The notes below the pieces were generated by a model. The model saw nothing but the letters and a program-made list of their open reading frames with translations. It was not told the origin of the DNA and did not search any database. A DNA stretch of 64,000 nucleotides, from assembly GCA_028712355.1 (NCBI GenBank), contig JAQTQH010000004.1:9-64008 (forward strand), read 5' to 3'. Source of the stretch: Dehalococcoidales bacterium (GTDB lineage: Bacteria; Chloroflexota; Dehalococcoidia; Dehalococcoidales; RBG-16-60-22). Positions 26,201-36,278 of the stretch are shown here, one piece after another (the first letter of the stretch is position 1; every line of letters starts with the position of its first letter). Position numbers and translations under genes: made by a program.

Positions 26201-26828
26201 TCCTGCCTTCGTTCGACCAGTGCTCTAAAATTGCAGAAATATAACTCCATTTGCGCTTGTTCTGATTGACCGCTTCTTTGATAGCGTCCCGGATCCAGTC
26301 CGCCGGGTAGAGCTTCTCGGCTTCTTTCAGTTCGTCGGCAATCAGAGGCGTCAACATGCCGATATTCTGTTCGTACATCACAAAAATGTCCGGCGGCGTT
26401 TCGGTTTCTACATACTCACGCCCGGCGACCTTCAGTCCGCTCAGCTTGAACTCTCCGTTTTTTATCCGGGTAATAATCTGCCGGTTGGAGTCATTGTTTA
26501 AAAAATAGACGTCCTCCGATTTGCCGTCTTTCTCTAATTGGAGGTGAAGAAATATGCCCCGCTCCACCGTCATTTGCAGCGCACTTCGCAGAATTGTTTC
26601 CGTCTCTTTTCCCGGACTTTGCAGGCTGCTCATCAGTGCAGCATCCGCTGCCATCTCTCCGTAGCCGACGAATTTGGGGTAGCCGCGCTTGCGGTAAAGC
26701 GCCGCCATTACATATAGAGTAGCCTTCAGTTCGGCAACATCCGTTACCTGGGGCAGCACCGCGCTGAAAAACAGGTTGGGAATCGGCGTGAATTCCAGAC
26801 GCGCAGGGAAACCGTTAAACTTCTTCAT
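26118..26828 (-). CDS. dnaD: DnaD-domain replication protein
   Basis: The C-terminal DnaD/DnaB_2 motif is present (YEQNIGMLTPLIADELKEAEKLYPADWIRDAIKEAVNQNKRKWSYISAILEHW). It has a 4-nt overlap with the dnaB stop. Confidence 0.75.
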   Translation of the reverse strand: MKKFNGFPARLEFTPIPNLFFSAVLPQVTDVAELKATLYVMAALYRKRGYPKFVGYGEMAADAALMSSLQSPGKETETILRSALQMTVERGIFLHLQLEKDGKSEDVYFLNNDSNRQIITRIKNGEFKLSGLKVAGREYVETETPPDIFVMYEQNIGMLTPLIADELKEAEKLYPADWIRDAIKEAVNQNKRKWSYISAILEHWSNEGRSDGTHPRDSQEGGERYLKQRYGHMVQR

Positions 26829-28210
26829 CGCAAGGGGTCTCCCACGCTCTGCTGGCTGGGGAAGTTATCGAACTTGGCCAGGCCGGGGATAAAGCGCAGC
26901 TTAACCTGTCCCGTGGGACCGTTGCGGTGCTTGGCAATGATAATATCGGCTTCGCCGCGGGGGTACTCCTTGTCCGGGTTCTGCAGTTTCCACTCTTCCT
27001 CATTAGGATGATAATATTCTTCGCGATAGATAAACAGCACGATATCGGCATCTTGCTCGATGCTGCCGGACTCGCGGAGGTCGGAGAGCTGGGGAATGTG
27101 GATGGGGCGGCCTTCTACGGCGCGGCTAAGCTGAGAAACGGCGATGACCGGTACGTTAAGCTCGCGCGCCAGCCCCTTCAGCGAACGTGTAATATAACTC
27201 AGTTCCTGCACGCGATTTTCCCGCCGGCCTTCCTCGGTGATGAGCTGGAGGTAATCGACAATAATCATATCAATAGGATGGTCATAGTGCAACCTCAGGG
27301 CTTTGCTGCGCATCTCGGCAACCTTGAGCATCGGCGAATCATCGATATAAATAGGTGCTTCGGAAAGTACGCCGATGGCCTCCATAACGCGTTTTTCTTC
27401 CTCTTCGGTATGCTGCCCGAAACGCACTCGCCGCGAGTTGACTCCCGATTCGTTGGAGAGCAGGCGCATGACCAGCGAGTCCTTCGCCATTTCCAGACTG
27501 AAAATCGCCACGCAGGCACCCTGCATTACTGCGGCGTTGCGCGCGATGCCCAGCGCGAAGCTCGTCTTACCCATGCTGGTCCGTCCCGCCACGATAACAA
27601 GGTCGGAGCGCTGGAATCCGCCGTTAAAGAACTCATCCAGCCCGGTATAGTTGGAGCTGACGTATGGCAGGATAGCATGGGACTTTTCCCCGGCGGCTTC
27701 ACCGACCTCAAAGAATTTGTCCAGCTCCTGCCGGATATGAACGAAATCACGCGGACTCTGCCCGTGACGCAGTTTAAAAAGCAACGACTCGGCGCGGCTA
27801 ATACTCTCATCAACATCGGGGCCGGACTCGTAGCCGATGGCGGAGATACGGTCGCCGGCACTGATAAGCTGACGCATCACCGAAAGGCGAAAAACGATAT
27901 TGGCATAATGTTCGATGTCCAGAGCAGTAGGACAAATCGCAATCAGGTGACTGAGTTGCGCGGCGCCCCCGCAAGACTCCAGCCTGCCCTGCCGCGCCAG
28001 TTCCTGCGCCACCGTAATCTGGTTGATGGCTTCATTACGCCGGTAAAGCTCGGCGCAGGACTGGTACAGCCAGCGGTTCTGCTCGTAGTAAAAATGCTCG
28101 TCGCGAAGGAACGTGGCAATCTTGTGAATGGCGCTGCCATCAATCAGCAGCGAACCGATAACCGCTTCTTCCGCATCGACATCATGGGGCGGTAGTTTTT
28201 CGCCGGTCAT
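26825..28210 (-). CDS. dnaB: Replicative DNA helicase DnaB
   Basis: PPHDVDAEEAVIGSLL is present, with Walker A GRTSMGKTSFAL and IIVDYLQLI. No intein is evident at 461 aa. Confidence 0.95.
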   Translation of the reverse strand: MTGEKLPPHDVDAEEAVIGSLLIDGSAIHKIATFLRDEHFYYEQNRWLYQSCAELYRRNEAINQITVAQELARQGRLESCGGAAQLSHLIAICPTALDIEHYANIVFRLSVMRQLISAGDRISAIGYESGPDVDESISRAESLLFKLRHGQSPRDFVHIRQELDKFFEVGEAAGEKSHAILPYVSSNYTGLDEFFNGGFQRSDLVIVAGRTSMGKTSFALGIARNAAVMQGACVAIFSLEMAKDSLVMRLLSNESGVNSRRVRFGQHTEEEEKRVMEAIGVLSEAPIYIDDSPMLKVAEMRSKALRLHYDHPIDMIIVDYLQLITEEGRRENRVQELSYITRSLKGLARELNVPVIAVSQLSRAVEGRPIHIPQLSDLRESGSIEQDADIVLFIYREEYYHPNEEEWKLQNPDKEYPRGEADIIIAKHRNGPTGQVKLRFIPGLAKFDNFPSQQSVGDPLR

Positions 28211-28214
28211 GGCG

Positions 28215-28706
28215 TCAAATCTCCTTCTTCCCCTCCCCCACCGGTTTAGCCACCTCGTCTTCTTCTCTCTGAACGGTTACCTTTACTTTAGGGACAATAT
28301 CGTGGGCGAGGCGTACTGGTACATCATAGCTGCCCAGTTGATGAATCGGCTCCGCCATTTCGATTGTCTTCTTGTCAATTTCATAGCCGCAGGCTTTACT
28401 CAGCGCGCCGGCAACATCAGCGCTGGTAATGGATCCATAAAGGCGCTCTTTTTCCCCGGCGTGCGCCTTGAGCAATATTTCCGTCCCCTCGATTTTAGTC
28501 GCCAGTTCGCGCATCTCTCCTTCAAATTTGGCGATGCGGCGCTCTCTCTGTTTTAACTGAGCCTCAACGACGTTGGCGTATTTGGAGTCCGCCAGCACCG
28601 CCAGTTTGCGGGGCAGCAGGTAGTTGCGGCCGTAGCCGTCCGCCACTTCTTTAGTCTGACCGGCTTTCGCCACGTTGGAGACATCTTCCAAAAAAGTTAC
28701 CTTCAC
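28215..28706 (-). CDS. rplI: 50S ribosomal protein L9
   Basis: MKVTFLEDVSNVAKAGQTKEVADGYGRNYLLPRKLA is the canonical L9 N-terminus. The C-terminus is extended and acidic. Confidence 0.9.
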   Translation of the reverse strand: MKVTFLEDVSNVAKAGQTKEVADGYGRNYLLPRKLAVLADSKYANVVEAQLKQRERRIAKFEGEMRELATKIEGTEILLKAHAGEKERLYGSITSADVAGALSKACGYEIDKKTIEMAEPIHQLGSYDVPVRLAHDIVPKVKVTVQREEDEVAKPVGEGKKEI

Positions 28707-28826
28707 TTAACTCACTCCTTATAAATTTACAGAGTCATTATACTTCAGTAAAGACGAAAAAGCCATGAGAAATCAATATTCCTTAACTGATAAGAGACGA
28801 GAAAGAGATTTTTTAAATCCCTCAGT

Positions 28827-29759
28827 TTACCCGTACCCGCCGAGCGCCCGCTCCACATGGATACCCGCACAGGCGCCGTCGCCGGCGGCGGTGATAACCT
28901 GCCACACGGAGCGACTGCGCACGTCTCCGGCGGCATAAATCCCCGGTATTTTTGTCTGCAAATTTTCATCCACGATGACCGCACCGGCTTGATCCAGCGG
29001 AACGATACTCTTAAGAAAGCTCGTATTGGGACGGAAGCCGACCGAGACAAAGACGCCCGCCACTTCCAGAGTGCAATTCTTTTTTGTGTTGACATCCCGC
29101 AGCTTCAGTTCGCTCACGAATTCATTACCTTCGATGGCATCAACTACGGTATCCAATCGCAACGCCATCTTCGGATTGCTGCGGATGCGCTCCTGCATAA
29201 TGGCGGTGGCACGCAACTGGTTACGGCGATGGATAAGCGTCACTTTAGAAGCATAATGGGTAAGATGGAGGGCTTCGGTCAGCGCAGAATTGCCACCCCC
29301 CACCACCGCCACCGGTTTATCTCTAAAGAAAGCGGCATCACAGGTAGCACAATAGGAAACACCCTTACCGGTGTACTTCTCTTCGCCGGGAACACCCAGC
29401 TTGCTGCGCTCCGAACCGCTGGCGATAATGATGGCATGCGCGGCGAAGCTACCGTTGCCAGTATTGACTGTTTTGCGTTCCCCTTCGGTAGAGATGCCGG
29501 TAACCTCTCCGGTCACTGTTTTCAGCCCGAAGCCGGTCGCCTGCTCGTGCATCTTCTGGGTCAACTCCATACCGCTGATGCCCGCATAGCCGGGGTAGTT
29601 CTCCACCAGTTCGGCATTAACGATTTGCCCCCCTACCATGCCCCGCTCGATAAGCAGCGTATTCAGGCGCGCCCGTGCCGTATAAATGGCGGCGCTGAGA
29701 CCCGCCGGTCCCCCGCCGATAATGACGACATCGTACTGTAAAACTTCAGGCATCATCAA
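28827..29759 (-). CDS. trxB: Thioredoxin-disulfide reductase
   Basis: FAD motif VVIIGGGPAGLSAA, redox CATCDA and NADPH motif VVGGGNSA. Confidence 0.9.
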   Translation of the reverse strand: MMMPEVLQYDVVIIGGGPAGLSAAIYTARARLNTLLIERGMVGGQIVNAELVENYPGYAGISGMELTQKMHEQATGFGLKTVTGEVTGISTEGERKTVNTGNGSFAAHAIIIASGSERSKLGVPGEEKYTGKGVSYCATCDAAFFRDKPVAVVGGGNSALTEALHLTHYASKVTLIHRRNQLRATAIMQERIRSNPKMALRLDTVVDAIEGNEFVSELKLRDVNTKKNCTLEVAGVFVSVGFRPNTSFLKSIVPLDQAGAVIVDENLQTKIPGIYAAGDVRSRSVWQVITAAGDGACAGIHVERALGGYG

Positions 29760-29762
29760 TCC

Positions 29763-30089
29763 TCACGCCAGGGCTGTATCCAGGCTCTTCTTAAGCTGGT
29801 CTTTGGGACGAAAGCCGACAATATTGGTCACCGGTTTACCATCTTTAAAGATTAGCAACGTGGGAATGCTCATAATACCGTATTTGCCGGCAATAGTAGG
29901 GTTCTGGTCGACGTCTACCTTGCCGAAGACCATCTTTCCGGCATACTCCTCGGAAAGCTCTTCAACCACCGGCGCCACCATGCGGCACGGTCCACACCAT
30001 GTTGCCCAGAAATCGACGAGGACCGGCGTTTTTGCCTTCAGTACTACCTCCTCAAAACTTTTTTCATCAACGACGACGGTCTTTCCCAT
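29763..30089 (-). CDS. trxA: Thioredoxin
   Basis: WCGPC active site (FWATWCGPCRMVAP), 108 aa. Confidence 0.9.
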   Translation of the reverse strand: MGKTVVVDEKSFEEVVLKAKTPVLVDFWATWCGPCRMVAPVVEELSEEYAGKMVFGKVDVDQNPTIAGKYGIMSIPTLLIFKDGKPVTNIVGFRPKDQLKKSLDTALA

Positions 30090-31098
30090 GTTTGTTGCTC
30101 CCTTCCTTACTATTCTGCGCTACTTTATTATCACCTTCAACAGTCTGTCTCGCCAGTGCGATGGCGCTCTTGATTGCTTTCGCCTGGCTGCGCCCGTGCG
30201 CGATGATGACATTGCCGTTAATACCCAAAAGCCCCGCCCCGCCGAACTCGGTATAGTCCATCCGTTTGGTCAACGCACCCAACCCGATATCGCGCAGCAG
30301 GTCACGCCCGCGGTGCTGGGAGATACTGGTAAAAATGTGACCGATTTGCCGCGCCGCCGCCAGGAAATTATCATTCAAACCTTCGATGGTCTTTATCACC
30401 ACGTTGCCGGTAAAGCCATCGGTGACGATAACATCCACGGTGCGACGGCCGATGTCATGCCCTTCAATATTACCGTAAAAATTGATGTCTTTAGCTTCAG
30501 TAAGAAGTTGGAACGTTTCCTGTACCAGCTTGGTGCCCTTGGTATTCTCGGTGCCGATGTTGAGCAGACCTACCGTCGGCGACTTGATGCCAAGCAGGCT
30601 GCGGCTGTATTCCGACCCCAGACGGGCAAATTCCAGCAAATGCTGGGGACGGCATTCCACATTGGCGCCGGCATCCACCAGCAAAGCCGGATAGGAAGAT
30701 AGCGCATCCAAAAGACAGCCGATGGCCGGGCGTTCTACCCCCTGCTTTACCCCCAGGCTGAGCATCGCGGCGCAGAATACGGCACCGGTACTACCTGCGG
30801 AAACGAAAGCATCCGCTTCACCATTCTTGACCAGATTGATCCCCACCACGATGGACGAGTCCGGCTTGTTCTTGACTGCTTTCATGGGGTGCTCATCAAA
30901 AGCAATAACCTGACTGGCTTCCACAATGTTGATATTGAGCTTACGTGCCGCTTTGTCTTTATCGAGCATCACCCGCAGGACATTCTTACGCCCCACCAGC
31001 GCAATCTCAACATCGAACTCCTGGGCAGCCTTGATTGCCCCTTTAATTATTTCATGTGGAGCGTAATCCCCACCCGCCGCATCGACCGCTATTATCAT
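30067..31098 (-). CDS. plsX: Phosphate acyltransferase PlsX
   Basis: MIIAVDAAGGDYAPHEIIKGA, VSAGSTGA and GHGRS-like IIAHGRSQAKAI are present. Its 3' end overlaps the trxA start by 23 nt. Confidence 0.9.
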   Translation of the reverse strand: MIIAVDAAGGDYAPHEIIKGAIKAAQEFDVEIALVGRKNVLRVMLDKDKAARKLNINIVEASQVIAFDEHPMKAVKNKPDSSIVVGINLVKNGEADAFVSAGSTGAVFCAAMLSLGVKQGVERPAIGCLLDALSSYPALLVDAGANVECRPQHLLEFARLGSEYSRSLLGIKSPTVGLLNIGTENTKGTKLVQETFQLLTEAKDINFYGNIEGHDIGRRTVDVIVTDGFTGNVVIKTIEGLNDNFLAAARQIGHIFTSISQHRGRDLLRDIGLGALTKRMDYTEFGGAGLLGINGNVIIAHGRSQAKAIKSAIALARQTVEGDNKVAQNSKEGSNKHGKDRRR

Positions 31099-31112
31099 TG
31101 CTTTTTCCTTAG

Positions 31113-32084
31113 TTAAGATTCCGAGCCTGGAGCTCTCTCCCAGATATCACAGCGCCCGCCCCAGCGTGCCAGCACCTTCCCCTCGCGGGTAACCTGCGCC
31201 AACTCACATAGATTGGGGCAGGAATGACACTCGAACGCAGACGTCTGATATTGAACGTTGCTCACGCTAAAACCTTTAAAACAGCTACCTACCGCCTTAC
31301 CGGACATCTTCTCCTGTACCAGCAAAGCGGCACCAATGGCGCCCATCAACTCATGATGAAGCGGGATAACAACACCCTGTCCCAGTTCCTCCCGAAAAGC
31401 CCGCACCATACCTTCATTGAAAGCAACGCCGCCCTGGAAGACCACCGGCGGCTCAATGGGCTTGCCCGCCGCCACTCCGCTTATATAGTTGCGCACCAGG
31501 GCTTGGCAAAGACCATACACAATATCCTCGGTGCGGTGCCCCATCTGCTGTTTATGTACCATGTCCGATTCAGCAAAGACGGTGCATTTCCCGGCGATAC
31601 GTACGGGATTCCTGCTCAGCCGCGCGCTCCGGCTGAACTCCTTGATGCTCATGCCCAGGCGCTGCGCCTGGTGGTCAAGAAAGCTGCCGGTGCCGGCGGC
31701 GCAGGCGTTATTGGTACCGAAATCGGTCACCACGCCGTCTTTAATAATAATAATCTTGCTATCCTGTCCGCCTATCTCGATTACGGTTCGAGCATCAGGA
31801 ACGTAATACAGCGCCGCCACCGCATGAGCGGTAATCTCATTCTTGACCAGGTCCGCGCCGATGAGGACCCCCGCCAGGTAGCGGGCGCTGCCTGTCGCCG
31901 CCACACCATAAATCTCCGCATCCGGCAGCAACTGCGGCCGCAACCGCTTCAGACACTCCTGTACCATCAACACCGGCTTACCGGCGGTGGGCAGGTAAAC
32001 ACTGGCGACCAATCTCTTCCCCTCATCAAGCGCCGCCAGTTTGGTCGTTACCGAACCGACATCAATCCCTAGATAAACTTTCAT
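31113..32084 (-). CDS. BadF/BadG/BcrA/BcrD-family ATPase (acyl-CoA dehydratase activase-like)
   Basis: ASKHA-fold motifs are present (LGIDVGSVTTK, IEIGGQDSKII, ACAAGTGSFLD). It has an extra C-terminal Cys cluster (CHSCPNLCEL...GGRCDIWE). Confidence 0.75.
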   Translation of the reverse strand: MKVYLGIDVGSVTTKLAALDEGKRLVASVYLPTAGKPVLMVQECLKRLRPQLLPDAEIYGVAATGSARYLAGVLIGADLVKNEITAHAVAALYYVPDARTVIEIGGQDSKIIIIKDGVVTDFGTNNACAAGTGSFLDHQAQRLGMSIKEFSRSARLSRNPVRIAGKCTVFAESDMVHKQQMGHRTEDIVYGLCQALVRNYISGVAAGKPIEPPVVFQGGVAFNEGMVRAFREELGQGVVIPLHHELMGAIGAALLVQEKMSGKAVGSCFKGFSVSNVQYQTSAFECHSCPNLCELAQVTREGKVLARWGGRCDIWERAPGSES

Positions 32085-32270
32085 AACCTTCCCGTCATTC
32101 AGGCTAACATTACATTATAACCTACTAAAACAGGGATTTCTAGGCGAGCGGGTGTATTGCGGCTTGCCGTTGCCTGTGCTATACTAGTAAGTAATCTAGT
32201 CGTTTCTTGAAAGTGGGTTTCATACCCGCTTTTTTGTTGCGCAGTAATAGTTAGGGAGGCGTGATTCGGG

Positions 32271-33668
32271 ATGAAGAGTGACTTCATGCTCGCTCTCACT
32301 CAGCTTTCTGCTGAGAAGAACCTGCCGGCGGAGGTAGTTATCACGGCGATAGAATCGGCGCTGGTCTCCGCCTATCGTAAAGAAAGTTTCGCCCTTAACC
32401 AGAATATCGCCGTCAAGATTAACCCGAACAGCGGTAAGGTGGAAGTATGGGCGGAAAAAACGGTGGTGGAAAAGGTGACCGACACGCGCCGTGAAATTAC
32501 CCTGAATGAAGCGCGCCGGATTAAACCTGATTTGAAGATTGACGATACCGTCATGGTAGAGGATACCCCGCAGAACGCCGGACGTATCGCCGCGCAGACC
32601 GCCAAACAGGTTATCCTGCAGCGCCTCAACGAAGCGGAATACAGCGCTATTTATGAGGAGTTCACCAGCCGTGAAGGCGACGTCGTGACTGTCGTCGTGC
32701 AGCGTATGGAGCCGGGACAAATTATAGTCGACCTGGGACGGACGGAGGGAGTATTGCCTGCCGCTGAACAGGTGCGCACCGAGCGCTACCGGGCGGGACA
32801 GCGGCTTAAGGTGGTTATCCTGCAGGTCGTACGCACGGGCAAAGGCCCCAAGGTAATGGTATCACGGTCGCACCCCGACCTGCTGCGCCGGCTTTTTGAA
32901 ATTGAAGTCCCCGAGGTACACGGCGGAACGGTAGAAATCAAAGCCATCGCCCGCGAAGCCGGCTTCCGCAGCAAGATTGCCGTAGCGGCGCGCCAGGAAG
33001 GCGTCGACCCGGTCGGCTGTTGCGTCGGGCTGCGCGGCATACGTATCCAGAACATCGTCAAGGAACTCAACGGCGAAAAAATCGACGTTATCCAGTGGCA
33101 CCCAGATTCTGCCGTCTTTATCGCCAACGCCCTGAGCCCGGCGCACATTATTTCGGTCGAGACCAACAAAGCCACCGAAATTGCCACGGTGATCGTGCCG
33201 GACAAGCAGCTTTCCCTGGCCATCGGCAAAGAAGGACAAAACGCCCGGCTAGCCGCCAAGCTGACCGGCTGGAAGATAGATATTAAGAGTTCTTCCGCCG
33301 CGGAAGCGGAGAAACCGGTGCCCGCCAAACCTGCCGCAGAAGCCGTACCGGAGGCCGTTGAAGCGCCCGCAGTTGAGACGGTGCCCGCGGAAGTCGCCGA
33401 AATCCCCGTTGCTGTGGAAGCTGCGCCAGCCGCGCCGGCTGAAGAAATTCCGGCGGTGTCCTTTGTCTTAAAGCCACCTGTTCCGGTCAGGGAAGAAAAA
33501 ACACAACTGCGCTTCGCCGAAGATATCCTGGCGCCGCTGCCGCCGAAACCCAGTACCAAAGCCGTTAAGGGTAAAAAGAAGAAGGGCTACCGCGAGGGCG
33601 AGGAAGCCAAGCCCAAGAAAAAACGCCGCGAGGTTGTTGAAGTCCCGGAGGAAGAAGAGGAATTTTAA
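32271..33668 (+). CDS. nusA: Transcription termination/antitermination factor NusA with a long low-complexity C-terminal tail
   Basis: NusA N-terminal, S1 and KH1/KH2 motifs are present ([60 protein letters not shown]). The last ~125 aa are Pro/Ala/Glu-rich and then Lys-rich. Confidence 0.9.
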   Translation: MKSDFMLALTQLSAEKNLPAEVVITAIESALVSAYRKESFALNQNIAVKINPNSGKVEVWAEKTVVEKVTDTRREITLNEARRIKPDLKIDDTVMVEDTPQNAGRIAAQTAKQVILQRLNEAEYSAIYEEFTSREGDVVTVVVQRMEPGQIIVDLGRTEGVLPAAEQVRTERYRAGQRLKVVILQVVRTGKGPKVMVSRSHPDLLRRLFEIEVPEVHGGTVEIKAIAREAGFRSKIAVAARQEGVDPVGCCVGLRGIRIQNIVKELNGEKIDVIQWHPDSAVFIANALSPAHIISVETNKATEIATVIVPDKQLSLAIGKEGQNARLAAKLTGWKIDIKSSSAAEAEKPVPAKPAAEAVPEAVEAPAVETVPAEVAEIPVAVEAAPAAPAEEIPAVSFVLKPPVPVREEKTQLRFAEDILAPLPPKPSTKAVKGKKKKGYREGEEAKPKKKRREVVEVPEEEEEF

Positions 33669-33671
33669 GAT

Positions 33672-33956
33672 ATGCCGGCTACCGTCAAGCGCGCTCCGCA
33701 ACGGACCTGTCTGGCTTGCCGCAAGGTAAAAGCCAAGCGGGAACTCCTGCGATTAGTACGCACTCCGGACGGTGCCATTGAAATCGACCCCACCGGGAAA
33801 AAGGCGGGGCGAGGGGCTTACTTCTGCCGATTGCCGGAATGCTGGGAAGCCGGACTCAAGGGAAACCGGCTGGAAAACGCCCTGAAAAGCAAGCTGAGCA
33901 ACCAGGAAAGAGAGCAATTACTGAGTCAGGTAAAGGAACTCCTCAAAGGAGCCTGA
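33672..33956 (+). CDS. ylxR: YlxR/RnpM (DUF448) RNA-binding protein
   Basis: [17 protein letters not shown]...GRGAYFC motif. It sits in the conserved position between nusA and infB. Confidence 0.8.
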   Translation: MPATVKRAPQRTCLACRKVKAKRELLRLVRTPDGAIEIDPTGKKAGRGAYFCRLPECWEAGLKGNRLENALKSKLSNQEREQLLSQVKELLKGA

Positions 33957-33963
33957 TAAAATT

Positions 33964-35799
33964 ATGGTAAACAAGCCGGAAAACACCATGGAAACTGCCG
34001 GGGAAAAGGGCAAAGCCACCCCGCCAGCGGCGAACGCGCCGCAGGTGGAACTGCCGGCATCCGTTAATGTCCGGCAGCTGGCGGACATGCTCAATGTCAA
34101 CTCCATTCAGATTATCAAGCAACTGATGCGCAGCGGCATCATGGCTAATATCAACCAGGTGATTGATTATGAGTCCGCCGCCAATGTCGCGCGCGGTCTG
34201 GGTTTTGAACCAAAACCGCAGCCCAAGGCGCCCGGCAAGCGCCTGGCGGCACTCGCTGCCGCCCGCAAAGCCGCCCAGCTCCAGGGGGAAGCCGCTACGG
34301 GACTGGTGCCGCGCCCTCCGGTGGTAACCGTCATGGGACACGTCGACCACGGCAAGACCAAGCTTCTCGACGCCATCCGTTCGGCTAACGTCGCCGCCAC
34401 GGAAGCCGGCGGCATTACCCAGCACATCGGCGCTTACCAGGTTACGCTAGGCGAGAACCGCATCACCTTCCTGGACACGCCGGGGCACGAGGCTTTCACC
34501 GCCATGCGCGCCCACGGCGCCCAGATAACCGATATTACCATCCTGGTGGTCGCCGCCGATGACGGCGTACAGCCCCAGACTATCGAAGCCATCAACCACG
34601 CCAAAGCCGCCGGTGTGCCTATCGTGGTGGCAATTAATAAAATTGACATGCCCAACGCTAACCCGGACCAGGTCAAGAGGCAACTTACCGAAAACGGACT
34701 GGTCATTGAAGAATGGGGCGGCGATACCATCGCCGTGCCGATTTCCGCCAAAGAAAAAACCGGCATTGATAACCTGCTGGAAAACGTCCTGCTCGTAGCG
34801 GAAATGCTGGAGCTCAAGGCAAACCCCAATCTCCCTGCCTCCGGTGTTGTCATTGAAGCCGAACTGGATAAGTCACGCGGGCCGATTGCCCGCATCCTGG
34901 TGCAGTCCGGCACACTCAAGGTGGGCGATACGGTAGTCGTCGGCACAATGTCCGGCAGAGTAAGAGCCATGCTAAATCAGGCGGGCAAGCAGGTCAAGAA
35001 AGCGCCGCCCGCTACCCCCGTAGAGATTCTTGGTCTCAACGGGGTGCCGCGCGCCGGAGATACCCTATCCGCAGTCGCCAACGAAAAGCTGGCGCAAATA
35101 CTGGTGACGAAGAACAAGACGGATCAGGCGAAAGAGTCCGGTAAAGCAATCAGCCTGACCAATATTTATGACGAAATCAGCGCCGGCAAGATTAAAGAGT
35201 TGAATGTCGTCCTCAAGACCGATGTCCAGGGCAGCCTCGATCCCATACGTACCTCGCTGGAGCGCCTCGGCACGGAAGAGGTCAAAGTAAGAATCATCCA
35301 TGCCGCAACAGGCAACATCACCGAAAATGATGTCATGCTCGCCCTGGCTTCCAACGGTCTGATTATAGGCTTCGGTGTCACTGCGGATGAAGGCGCACGC
35401 CGACTTGCCGGGACACGGGGTACCGATATCCGCACTTACAACATCATCTATTCCCTGATTGATGACGTGGAGAAGGCGCTCAAAGGCATGCTGGAACCGA
35501 CCTATACCGAAGTTATCGAAGGACGCGCCGAGGTGCGGGCGGTCTTTTCCGCAGGCAAGGGCGCTAAAGCCGCCGGTTCCTACGTTACCGAAGGCAAAGT
35601 CACCCGCGGCAGCAAGGTCAGAGTACGGCGCGGCAAAGAGATACTCATTGATTCTACCGTCAACAGCCTCAAACGATTCAAGGATGACGTTCGGGAAGTA
35701 GCGACCGGCTACGAGTGCGGTATCGGTGTGGAAGGCTTCAATAGTTTCCAGGCCGGTGACATTCTGGAATTTTACAAAATAGAGCAGGTCAGCCGCTAG
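33964..35799 (+). CDS. infB: Translation initiation factor IF-2
   Basis: GTPase G1-G4 motifs are present ([26 protein letters not shown]). The N-terminal region is short. Confidence 0.95.
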   Translation: MVNKPENTMETAGEKGKATPPAANAPQVELPASVNVRQLADMLNVNSIQIIKQLMRSGIMANINQVIDYESAANVARGLGFEPKPQPKAPGKRLAALAAARKAAQLQGEAATGLVPRPPVVTVMGHVDHGKTKLLDAIRSANVAATEAGGITQHIGAYQVTLGENRITFLDTPGHEAFTAMRAHGAQITDITILVVAADDGVQPQTIEAINHAKAAGVPIVVAINKIDMPNANPDQVKRQLTENGLVIEEWGGDTIAVPISAKEKTGIDNLLENVLLVAEMLELKANPNLPASGVVIEAELDKSRGPIARILVQSGTLKVGDTVVVGTMSGRVRAMLNQAGKQVKKAPPATPVEILGLNGVPRAGDTLSAVANEKLAQILVTKNKTDQAKESGKAISLTNIYDEISAGKIKELNVVLKTDVQGSLDPIRTSLERLGTEEVKVRIIHAATGNITENDVMLALASNGLIIGFGVTADEGARRLAGTRGTDIRTYNIIYSLIDDVEKALKGMLEPTYTEVIEGRAEVRAVFSAGKGAKAAGSYVTEGKVTRGSKVRVRRGKEILIDSTVNSLKRFKDDVREVATGYECGIGVEGFNSFQAGDILEFYKIEQVSR

Positions 35800-35816
35800 C
35801 CTGAGCCGCTGGAACC

Positions 35817-36170
35817 ATGTCACACCGCATTGAACGCGTCAATCATCTTATCCGGGCAGAAATCAGCGAACTGATCCAGCGCGAGGTAAAAGATCCGCGC
35901 CTGAACAGTCTGGTCTCGATTACAGATGTCGAAACATCACAGGATATGAAACACGCCCGGGTTTTCGTCAGCTGCATTTGCAGTGAGGAAGAAAGACAGA
36001 ATATCCTCAAGGCTTTAACTGCCGCTGCCGGATTTTTGCACCGGGAGTTGACTAAAAGCCTGCGCATGCGGATTATCCCGGACCTGAGCTTCCACTGGGA
36101 CGATTCGATGGAGCGCGCCGATCATATCACCCAACTGCTTGACAGGGTCAACTCCGAGCGCCAAGAATAG
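35817..36170 (+). CDS. rbfA: Ribosome-binding factor A
   Basis: RIERVNHLIRAEISELIQREVKDPRL and MRIIPDLSFHWD motifs. Confidence 0.9.
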   Translation: MSHRIERVNHLIRAEISELIQREVKDPRLNSLVSITDVETSQDMKHARVFVSCICSEEERQNILKALTAAAGFLHRELTKSLRMRIIPDLSFHWDDSMERADHITQLLDRVNSERQE

Positions 36171-36181
36171 TAGCATGGCTT

Positions 36182-36261
36182 TGTCATGGTCGTGCTTGAC
36201 CCAATCATCCAAACATCCCCGTCCCTTTCCGAATCCCCGCGAAGGCGGGAATGGCATTTTT
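36182..36261. repeat. Dispersed intergenic element, copy B (inverted relative to copy A at 4747-4821)
   Basis: The minus strand reads aaaaatgccattcccgccttcgcggggattc-[30 nt]-gtcaagcacgaccatgaca. On the plus strand, the hairpin is followed by ggcattttt and could terminate rbfA. Confidence 0.6.
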
Positions 36262-36278
36262 AGTTTTCATTGATAAAC

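Noticed and set aside
26927-28195. 422-aa ORF on the + strand
   Set aside because: It is entirely antisense to dnaB, whose sense frame carries unmistakable helicase motifs. The antisense translation is Arg/Gly/Ala-rich with no motifs. This is a typical shadow ORF of GC-rich coding DNA.
29686-30702. 338-aa ORF on the + strand
   Set aside because: It is antisense to trxB, trxA and plsX, which are all clearly real. It has no recognisable domain.
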